From Takakia lepidozioides (lineage: Eukaryota > Plantae > Bryophyta), in contig CM060731.1 in the NCBI GenBank assembly GCA_030704615.1, positions 30,070,001 through 30,134,000 of the forward strand: DNA of 64,000 nucleotides, read 5' to 3'. The number at the start of each line of letters is the position of its first letter. Position 1 is the stretch's first letter. Positions 25,570-35,925 of this stretch are shown in pieces. Made by a program: the position numbers and the translations under genes. The notes under the pieces were generated by a model. It ran no database searches. It had not been told where the DNA came from and saw only the letters and a program-made list of their open reading frames with translations.

Positions 25570-28500
25570 CTCAACGGCATGTGTTGAAGCGAAAGAGAAG
25601 GTGATGTTTCAATTCACTGAAGTTCCTTCCTAGCAATAGCCACTCTTCTTCCTGCTCCTGACATTGGATCGGAAATGGCAGACACGGTGGCTGTCGATCT
25701 GGAATGCATCGGAGAGTATAAGGACAATGTGGTCTTTTCCACTCGAAGTTTCCGACCCTGCAGTGGATGTGTGGCTCAACCGCATGACTTGGTGGTTCCA
25801 GGTAATTCAAGGTACTTCCCCAGATTTGCATTTCTGAAATGAATTCCTTGAACTGCTACGTGACAATGCATGTGGGAATCGCAGGTAATGACGAATGCGA
25901 AGGAGCAAGTCGTTATGCATACAAATTCGTTTGGCTTGTACGTCAAATGGGATGGAACACAGACATTGGAAGACTATGTGACACATTTCAGATGTGCTTA
26001 CAAGGACAACCTCTTCGCCAGGGAGCTACAGACAGCAAGAAGGAGCGTGGAGTTTACACATCAGGATGGAGCGGGAAAAGCTGCAATGCGAATTGTTTAC
26101 AGGTGAAGCCCAGCTGTCCTTGTATGCAAAGCCTGGTAATGAGGTTTGTCTGGGAAATGCGGCACCGCATTCACATTTTATGTTTTCGGTTGCACTCTGC
26201 GAGTACGTTGGTCTCAACTTTTGCTCACGCATGCTGACTGCCCTGCAGGTATATGAAATACGTGCTTCTTCAGACAGGGGCCCTGGCTCAAGAGCCCCCG
26301 TTCTTCATGGCTTGGACCGTGGCGGGCCCAAGCTGTGTCTACACACCCGAGATGCAGAAACAATGGCATGCCGCGCATCTGGTTGGATGCCCGTGGTACC
26401 AGGACATGTCTGGCGGAATTGTTGACGAGTCTGAGAAAGATCTGCACGCGAAAGGAAGAGAAGAGAAAGGAAAGACGTGTCCCTGCTCGGCCAGAGTCGG
26501 CAAAGGAAGCTGCTGCTCTGGAACAATCCAGAAAGGCAGCTGAAATGGCACAGAAGACGGTGGATGCAGCTGTGCAGGCTCAGCAGAAGGGGTCGAAGAA
26601 GCAGACTCGGCAGCAAGGAGCAGCATTTGTGACGCCCAAGAAAACGAAGAAGCAGAAACAGATAGTGCAGGTAGAGGGTGAGGAAGAGGACTCCGATGGA
26701 GACTTTGCAACCAGCCCACCCCCCGAGACGGAGCCAAAATCCCCTGTGCCCACCGTTGTCACGAGAGGGACGAGAACTGGCTCGGCAAAGAAGGCACTCT
26801 TCAACCCCCCGGGGGGGCACCCTTTCGAGCCGGTGGAAATGAAGAGGCCGAAAGTGGATCCCGATACAGTAGTCCAGTGTGTCAATGAGAGTTTCTTGGC
26901 GGCTTTGGATGGACGGGCAGCCAAGTTGGCATACATGAAGACCATGGAGGGTCTGAAGGGCAGAGCACTGAAGAAGGCGGCTGCCGAAGAGCCTTCCGAC
27001 ACCCCCGGGTTTCTGAAGATGGTCTCGTTCCTTGAGAGGGTGTGTGCAGACAAGGATTGCAGGAGGGGCGGAAACGCCACCGATTGGTCTTGTGATATGA
27101 TCATCTTGGATATTCCAGACGGAGAGCCTGTGGAAGGACTGCAAGCTTTGCCATCTTGGAACAGGTACTCCGAGGACTTTTGGAAGAAAGGATTTGGGCT
27201 CGCCCGCATGGTGTTGGACGACAGAGGCTGTGTGGTTGTCCTGGCGAGCAGAGGCAAAAACACGCAGACAGGAATTGCGAAGTGGACCCGCAAGAGCGCC
27301 GTCCCAATTCGCAAGAAGAAGTGGACGTGCATCAACACATTGGGCCTTCGGTCGGAAGGGAAGAAGGTAATTACGACCTTTGCACTCGTCCTTTCATTTT
27401 CTTAGGAGTCTTGAAATGCGGTGCCGCATTCGATTTCTAATCGTCCCCCACTGTGTATGCAGACAAAGCAGTTCGATGCATACTGCTTTGTGAAGGAGAA
27501 CTCCACCTTTGCTTTCCGGAAGGAGGGATTGTTGGTTGACCCGAACTGCGACCCCATTGATTACGACGTCCTGTTCAACAACGTTCCCACGGAACTTCTC
27601 CCTCATAGCCTCACTTCAACTGAACCCCTGCGGTTTTCACGCACTCGGAGCCCTGCCTTCATTCAGACAATTATGGAGACATGCACTGATGTGGAGGGCA
27701 CAGTGCTCGACCTCATCTGTGGGACAGGTATGCAGAATCTTGTTGTATGCTTTTCTGCAAACTCTCGTTATGCTTTCATTCGCAACATCTGAAGGGCCAT
27801 GTCATAATGTGTGGATGGCATTGTAACAGGTGCCTCAATGTGGGCTGGGCGGTTTTCCGACCGGCACCTCTTTGCCTAGGAGTTGGACACAGGCGTCTGG
27901 GGATCCCATTTGGAAGGGCTGCAACGGAATGTGAAGGCTCCCATCGAAGTCAAAGACTCCTCGGATTCGTCGGATTCGGAGGAAGAGACAGTGGACATTG
28001 ATGCCGAGGAGAACCCGGAATACGAGTGAGTGCAAACATTGTAAGTTTGCAAAGCCTTCTGTGTGATTTTTTGTCAAACGCATATCCGGACTGTGGTTCT
28101 CAGTGGTCTCGTTGGTGATTGTTATATGCAGGATTGGAGGATCCGGGTCGAAACATGTAAGGCCTACACTTCCTGCCAGGAAGAATGTCCAGTTCTTTGC
28201 GAGGGCCGACTTCATGACGAGCCCGGTGAAGGACTACTCCCTTCCTAGTTATGCAGCTAAACTCGCAAATACAACGATTAAACGATGTGAGAATCCCAGT
28301 AAAGTAGAGCAGATTTTGGAGAGGGCTAGGGAGGACAGAAGGATAAGGAAAGGGTTGGCAACAGCTGAGGCAGGTAGACGGGTGCGAAAGTTCATATGTG
28401 ATTCAGCGGATGAGAGCGATGCAGACAGGGAGGACGACGAGCCAACGGAGGTGAGATGGTCGGTTCCGCAAGGTGAAGATGGGATTTTCGAAAGCCTGGC

Positions 28501-28600
28501 CAACGAGCAGTCCACTGGAGATGAGAAAGGCAATGACGGGGTAGAGGCGGAGCATGACAGTCAAGGACAGGACGACAGTAGTGATGATTTTCAAGATTAA
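25570..28600 (+). pseudogene. 3' half of the ParB-like gene, ending in a beta-class N4-C/N6-A DNA methyltransferase-like domain and an acidic tail
   Basis: Probable exons 25579-25600, 25682-25801, 25885-26102, 26249-27366, 27463-27727, 27830-~28025 and ~28132-28600, with GT/AG borders. Motifs in beta order: CDMIILDIPDG (DPPY position, ~27091), RSPAFIQTIMETCTDVEGTVLDLICGTG, and after splicing GASMWAGRFSDRHLFA*ELD (cf. KP..L...I...T..GD.VLDPF.GSGTT..AA...GR...G.ELD). Frameshifts and stops are present. Confidence 0.7.
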
Positions 28601-28736
28601 TACAATTTTAATGAACTCTCTGTACATTTAAATTCAATTCCAGAGTATATAAAGGGAATTCTCCCCGTCCTTCATGTCCCCTCTCCCATGTGCTTCTAAA
28701 CGACAACATCGTCCAAACCTGGTCCCTCCCAAAATC

Positions 28737-29740
28737 TGAAATGTGGCACCGCATTTCAATGTCTGAACGGAAATGTGGCAACTGCAAAAACCTCCTTTGG
28801 AAATGCGGCACCGCATTTCCAAAACCGGTGCAGGAAAAAATTTCTGTTTCATGGTTTGGACATCAGAAACTGTTCGGACAAACGGAAATGCGGTGCCGTA
28901 TTTCCGTTTCCGACACGGCAGTTTAGCCGATTGCCAGCTCCTTCCATGGATGTAAATCGAAATGCGGAGGTCGAACATGGAAATGCGGTGCCGCATTTAC
29001 CTTTTGGAGATGGACATTTTTCCAACTGCAGACCCATCGACGTTCTTGGGCTCCCCATTCCATGATGCTAGACGGGAATGCGGCACCGCATTCCATTGTC
29101 CAATAAGAAATTTCGGGACATCGTTGTTTGCCCAATTCCAGACCCTTTCATGGAAACGCGGCACCGCATTCCATCGTCCTATAAAAACTTACATTGTCCT
29201 GTAAAAACTTTCAATTGCCCGACATGGGAAATGCGGCGCCGCATTTCCAAAACAGCCATCGTTGTTTGTCCACACCCGTGTGGGCATTCCATCTTGATGG
29301 ACGGAAATGCGGCACCACATTCCATTGTCCAATACGATATTTTGATGACGAACATGTAAATGCGGTGCCGCATTTGCAGAACTTCCATCATTGTTTGTCC
29401 AATTCCAGACCCTTCGACGGAAATGCGGCACCGCATTCCATTGTGCTCTCCGGAAATGCTGTGCCGCATTTCATTGTCCGGTACGAAATTTCGATGACGG
29501 ACATGGAAATGCGGTGCCGCATTTCAAGTATGGACATGGACAAGCATTAGCGACTAGACATGCTTGGATAGTTCAAGGTTGAATATGGAAATGCGGCGCC
29601 GCATTTCAAATTCGAAGTATGGTAATGCCATGTCAGGAAATGAAATGTTGTACAACATTTCCGTTATGACGACAACGGAGGAAAGGGAGCTGCCAGAAAT
29701 TGCTGCATGGAGAAAAATGAATTGCGCTGCCGAATTTCCG
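28737..29740. repeat. Second array of the GGAAATGCGG-NN-CCGCATTTCC palindrome (about 15 copies, irregular spacing including 53 and 76 bp)
   Basis: Copies at about 28738, 28800, 28885, 28980, 29076, 29152, 29228, 29304, 29357, 29420, 29453, 29506 and 29588; spacers differ from those of the left array. Confidence 0.9.
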
Positions 29741-30016
29741 AGCTTCGGCATGTACATGTTTCCTACAACTCATACATGGATTTTCTTCACCTCAGGACTC
29801 TGATATTGCTGACTCTGGTATAGTCATATGGACAGACACATTGTACAAATGAGACCTCAAATTGTAAACAGTGGGCCAATTAACGGCAGTTCTTGAACAC
29901 GATGAAACACAAGCACACAGAAGTGAGGTACGATGGGTTGTTTTATTGATCGAACACGGTGTCTCACATTTAGCAACTCCAGACAAATCTAAGCCCTTCC
30001 TCCTTCTACATGGGCG

Positions 30017-30625
30017 TCACCAAGTCGACGGAACTTCGATAGCCCTCAAAACAAGCTCATTACTGATGCGGCACCTTGAGGTAAACTGCAATGCGGTCGA
30101 TCTGGTGCCCTTGGTGGAGCTGACGACAATGTCATGCCCATCAATCATACCACCATCATACATCAACAAGGTCACTGTGGGCCTCCTGTGCCCGTGCGAT
30201 TCGTCTTCGCAACTCAGCCGAATGTCTCCATACACTGGAAAAGCGGAGTGAACTCCACGAATATAGTTTTCCCCGGTGCCGTCCTCCCTGGTCCACTGGA
30301 AGCAGTTCCAGCGCCAAAGTGAGGCCATGCGTGATCTGTCCGGCATCCCATTCCACCTTGGTATATCGAGGTCAACAATTTTCAGGACCCACGGACCGCA
30401 TTGACCCTCGCCCTCACCTCGCTCAAAGCGGTAATAGCCCTCCAAATACTCCATTGCGCGCAAAGACTCCCGCTTGATTCCAGATGCGTCTGTGAAAAGT
30501 GAAAGCCAGACAATGATGTCTCCTGATTCTGGTTTGAACATAGCATAATCGTGGCCATGATAAGGGCAGTCAGCAGGATTTCGGCGGCACGGCATCCCTG
30601 AAAAGGAGTAGCGCAGTATGCTCAA
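30017..30625 (-). CDS. Orphan protein, paralog A
   Basis: 202-aa ORF; MPCRRNPADCPYHGHDYAMFKPESGDIIVW...ESLRAMEYLEGYYRFERG aligns with ORF 31002. Confidence 0.6.
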   Translation of the reverse strand: MSILRYSFSGMPCRRNPADCPYHGHDYAMFKPESGDIIVWLSLFTDASGIKRESLRAMEYLEGYYRFERGEGEGQCGPWVLKIVDLDIPRWNGMPDRSRMASLWRWNCFQWTREDGTGENYIRGVHSAFPVYGDIRLSCEDESHGHRRPTVTLLMYDGGMIDGHDIVVSSTKGTRSTALQFTSRCRISNELVLRAIEVPSTW

Positions 30626-31001
30626 TGACAGCAGCTCCCGGATGGAGGAGGTAGTAGCGCGGTGGCTGGAAGAAATTCAAGCAAACGCTGCAATTCCTCA
30701 CAAACACTCCAGGGCACATTTAAATATCCCCCCGACAGGAACATGCATGGATGAAGATTGGCTCATCCATGGATGTAGCCGTTTCAGTTTCCTTCCCTGC
30801 CATACAAACTATGGGCAGTAAGTGCCACGTGGGCCTATAGCCACTCGAGACGACGAAGTCCATCCCCCCTTCGATGTAAATACGGCGCCGAATTTCCATC
30901 CGGGGGATGGACTTCGGTGGCAGATTTCAAACTATACCCTGTGGATGAGAAAGAGGTATCGGTTTATCCACCGCTGGCTTGTTGAACACGTTACACGATG
31001 A

Positions 31002-31430
31002 TTGGTGGGTACTTGTGACCCAGATGGTCCATTATTGGAGCCCGCACCGCTCTTCCGCTTCTCATCATTTCGAAAATCTAAGGGCTTCGTTGCTGTCCGC
31101 AAGGTGATTGTCATCGGCATCAAAGACGTCCTCAGGTCCTCCTTTGCAAGGATGCCGTGCTTCCGGAACCGGGACGACTGCCCTTATGGAGACAATTATG
31201 CAATGTATTCGGCCACATCGGGAGACATCGTTATCTGGTACACAGATTACACAGAAGATACTGGTTCGAATGTGGAAACATTGTCCGCTTTTGAGTATCT
31301 CCCAGGCCAGTACGCCTTCGAGCGGGGTGACGATCTTGGTCTGAGGAGTCCCAGCTTCCGTGCCATTGCCGGTGTCATGAAGGAGTGCGACGCTCCTGTG
31401 TCCACCAACAACGACACGTTAGTTCCGGGG
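31002..31430 (+). pseudogene. Orphan protein, paralog B, truncated by G1 LTR sequence
   Basis: MPCFRNRDDCPYGDNYAMYSATSGDIVIW...ETLSAFEYLPGQYAFERG; runs into the LTR micro-repeat at ~31431. Confidence 0.6.
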
Positions 31431-31689
31431 GGGCTGTGTCGGCTGTGTCTGCTGTGGCGACTGTAACGGGCTGTGTTGGCTGTGTCGGCTGTGATGACTG
31501 TAACGGGCTGTGTTGGCTGTGTCGGCTGTGACTACTGTGACGGGTTGTGTAACCCCCCTCTATAGTGCGCTGCTGTCACCCCTAAGGCTCCTGTTGGTCT
31601 CAGTCTGTGCAAAAATTAAGGGTACCTTACAGATCCCGTTTAAGTGTCTAAGTCCCAGACAGTCCTCTAACATTACCTTTTCCCCCCTC

Positions 31690-34600
31690 AAAAAGCCGTG
31701 TCCTCACGGTTTACTGATTTCGATTAGCAAACCCTTGTGAGTGAGCACCTTTTTGACGTTGAGAGTTTCTTGGTGGACTGTGTGTACGAGCCCTAGGTCT
31801 GTCTCTGGTTGACGGAGATGGTTGGTCACTACCTGGATAAGTGAGTCCCTTTGGAGGCTGATATCGAGGTAACCTTTCCGGCATAGGAGACCCCCGTCGC
31901 TTCTTCTCCGCCATCTGAATTGCATAGTCTTCTCCCATGTCAAAAGAATTCGGTGAAGAAACAGTTGTATCAGAATCCTCATCGCCTCTCAAGTGTTTTA
32001 ATTTTCGAACTTTTTGTGGAATCATCTGGGGCATACAATGCTGTCCTACCATGTCTGGAAGTTTATATTTTACAACTTGGTGTAACCGCTGAACAGCAAA
32101 ATTGGTGTAGACACTGAGCTCCTTGTCTGTCCAGGTGAGTGGGGTACCAATTACTGGTGCAACGTGCAAGTATTTCCATGCCACATGTCCCTTATAGAAT
32201 ATATCATCAATGCCGAATTTCTGTGTTGACAAATTGTTCTAAGCCGCTTGAAACCATGAACGAATTTGAGAATCCTTTTGCATCATAGCTTTTGCGTCAT
32301 ATAGGTACATATGAGGTGGCACCGAAGGTAATACCCAATGGTCCCCATTGGAATAACTGAGAAAGCGTGCTTGCATCTTTTGTTGCTCAATGTGATAACG
32401 TACTAGAAAACAAGCAGCGTAGTATAACCCGCATCCCATGACAATACTTGCTACCTCCTTGGTCTTGGTATAAATGAGTCCATGTACAACCTGGAAAGCA
32501 ATCAATTCCCTCAACATGGTACCTGCCTCGTGCCAGTATTGTGCAAAGTGATGATCTTCAATATGTCGATTGTTCGGAAGAACTTTAGTTCTAGTTGCCA
32601 CTGGCAGCGAGATGCGCATGATTTGGTAGTAATGTGCGAATGACTGCGGAGGACTAAATTCTTTCCAAGCCAAATCCAACATGATGGGAATTTGGTTGAA
32701 GGCATAATCATAGCCCTACTGTACTCCCTTGCAGCTGGAGTTTTAGGTGGGTTAAAAGCTGCATTGCCCCATACCTCAGGCTGTGGTGGCTGTGATGTGG
32801 TTGTAGTAACCACAGGTTCAGCTACTGGTACAGTGACTTGTTGTGGTGGTGGTGGTACTGGCTCTTGTATCATTGGCATCTCCTGCACCTCATGTGAAGA
32901 CTGAAAAGCCAAAGTTCTGGCTTGTAAATAAGAAGCCATTAGCTGTTCCTGAGGGTTATAGACTCTTTTGTCGATGTTTGAAGTGAGGTCCTCCACTTGA
33001 GTCTGCAGTCCGTCTACATCCTCTTGTAACTCTGCTATCCTACTATAGACATTGTCTATAGTAGTTGTGGTAATGTTCTGCACCTGCAGCCTGAGCTCAT
33101 TCATCTCGCTTTGGGTGAGCTTTTGTGGTGCTTTGCCCTCTACTGGCCCTTGTGCTAACCAGACCTGCATAAGGCTGTTATCCACCAAGTTTGCTTGTGG
33201 TTCCCCTGAGAGTTTGCTCCTCTCTTAGCTTGTACAATTCCAACTGCTGTTGTAAAGCCTCCATGCGCTTCGCCTGAGGTTCAACCAACTTCGCATAGGC
33301 AACAGCCAGATTATTAGCTTCCCTCCAAGCCTTGTTATTGACCGCGATGTCATTTCTATTGGCCATGATTGTTTGGTGCAACTCCACGATGTGCTTCTCT
33401 TGATCAGCTTCAACCTGCCTGTATTGCTTGAAAGCATCTTCATTGCGACAGATTGTATTCTTCATATCGACAATGAGTTTCAATTGCTCAACATTCTCCT
33501 CTTCTGCCTTCGTACATTTTTCCGCTTGACTGTTTATTTCTTTTGTAGATTGTTCAAGCATAGTTGTGAATGTAGCACATTGTATCGCCATCCTGTCATG
33601 CACTATCTGCAACTCCGTATGTAGTGCATTCACTTCTTGCAACTTGCTTTCATGCTGCACCTGCATTTGGTAGAGCTGTTGCTTATGTGCTTCGTGCAAC
33701 TGGTCTTGCGCGAGGCCTGCCTCAATCAATTGTTCCTTGGCCAATTGCAAAGCCGCTTCTGTATTTCCCAAGTCCTGCTGCATCTTGAGAGTGACCTCTT
33801 CATCGACCTTGTTTGCACACTCAGTGGCTAGTCGAGCCTCGAACTCCTTCCTGAGTTCCTCTCTCAAGGCTGTCAATTGGGTAGTTGGAACATGGGATTT
33901 GACATAAGTCCCCAACAAATTAAGTGTCCTGCCTATGGAACTCATCAGCATTGCCTGTTGAGGGTCATCATGGTGAGGTTGCTGCTGTTCCTCCTGATCT
34001 TCAACAGTGTGATGTCTCACGAACCATTCAGGCCATTGTCCCACCGGATTTTCTTCCTGAACTACTTCATCTATCACCGGTGCTACAGTGTCATGACCTT
34101 CCGCCTGTGGTACCTCCGACACAGGTGTGTGTATTATATGCACCTCAGGATTTCCCTTGGGCAACTGTTGCACCTCTGGGATCTCTGTCTCCTTGACCAG
34201 ACCAGAATATTCATAGAGAAGGTCCCCCTTCTCCATTTCTGCCACTATCTGTTCTGTAGTTGGAATATCTAACCCTTCTCTTTCCAAATCAATTATTTCT
34301 GGTTGAGCTGCATGGATAACTTGTGACCTTGTGACAAGTCGTTCAGCTGGCTGTGATGGTTGTGATACAGAAGTAACTTCCTCCTCCCTCTCTGAAGGTC
34401 CTGCTTCCAGTAATAGCATTTCTCTGTGCTGCTGTGCCCCTTCCTGCACATGAGCTTGGGAAACATTATCATGCGGAATCCGTGAAGCCAGTGGATCCGC
34501 CACTACAGTCTTTCCCCGTCTCTGCCTCTTAGTCTCGGGTTGCCCTGCTAGTCCACCCTCACTGTGTGAAGAGCCTTGCTCTTCCATTGCAGTGGTTTCT

Positions 34601-35925
34601 GGCTCAAACACTCCCATTTCCTTTCTTTCTTGCGCATCAAGTATGCCAGAATCAAGGATTATTTGAGCAATGATTGGGCCAGACACTATGATAGGAGACT
34701 TTGCGGTAGTACCTTGTAATCTTTTCATCTCCTCCACCAGTGCGTTGTACATTATGTCCGCCCATTGTACCTCTTGTCCCTTCAGGCCTTTGAGTATTTC
34801 CTCCGTGAAGGATCTGCTCAAATACTGTTGGTTCTGTTTCATGGCAATCAGAACGTTCAATACCTGGCCTACCTCTTTTAGCCCTGGGTACACAGCCTTG
34901 GTACAAGCATAACCCTGAGTTTTAAAGAAACTCCCTTCTTGGAATAAGTCCCCTATTTGCAGTCTTGCCCTGTGTTCCTCCACATGCACCTGACCTGCTG
35001 GCAATCGAAACAATTGCTGGAGGTATAGGGGAGTAATCATCAATTCAACTCCCTTCACCGTTGTTGTTCCTGTCCTTGGCTCAAAGTTCTGCAAAAATTG
35101 TAACATGTACTGTCTATGGTGTAATGTCCAATCTAGGCTTTGCAATCCTTGCAATCTCAGCTCCTCCAGTATCTGTATCGCCTGTGGGGTAGCAATCGTT
35201 TGTTTCTGCAGAATTGTGGTGCTCTTCACCCTGATTTCCTCCATTCCTCTCACTCTCTTCATTTTAGACTCACAGAACTGTTTTGGCTGTAACAACTGCA
35301 GGAATGCCTGTAGTGCACAAAGCATAAACGTATGGTTGCCGCAGAAAGCTATGGGTAATTTCTTGTAAGCCTGCGGGGCTTGCAAGCATCGCTCAAGAGA
35401 AAAGCTCCGCTCTGTCCTTTCGTGTCTATGCCACTGCGTAAGTAATATTGCGAGCGTATAGTCTGTTAGTTCCTCCATAGTTTCCAAGCTATAGCATTGA
35501 TGGTCTGTCCCGTCGAGACGCCCGTTACTCAGAACGACGCCGCCTCTTGCGCTCAATTTCCCTCCATTTTCTTGATCCTTTCTCTGGTTTTCTATTGGCT
35601 GTATCCGCTGTGACTGGATTTTAGATTTTATTTTCTTTAGTGGACTTTCCCTGCTGGATAGTCCACTAGGATCACACATGTGACAAGAATTTCGCTTTTC
35701 TGTACTTGCCGTTCGTTCCGTTTCCCTTTTTCCGTATTCATTAATGGGCCCGCCTTTTATCCCTTTTGACGGCCGTTCTTGTCCTCTTTCTTTATGACAC
35801 CTGTTCTTGCACTTCCTTCTCAGCTGTGTGTCGCGCCCTGACCTCCACGTGTCTATTTTTAAACTAATTTCCGTTTTCTCTTCCGTCAGCCATTTTCCTG
35901 AAGTTATTATGCGTCCACCTGTCAC
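31690..35925 (-). pseudogene. G1 copy 2 3' extension, including an uninterrupted 915-aa frame (33178-35925)
   Basis: ORF track; homologous to 13197-17400. Confidence 0.75.

Noticed and set aside
33178-35925. env gene
   Set aside because: No clear signal peptide or transmembrane segment is visible; mostly acidic and coiled-coil.
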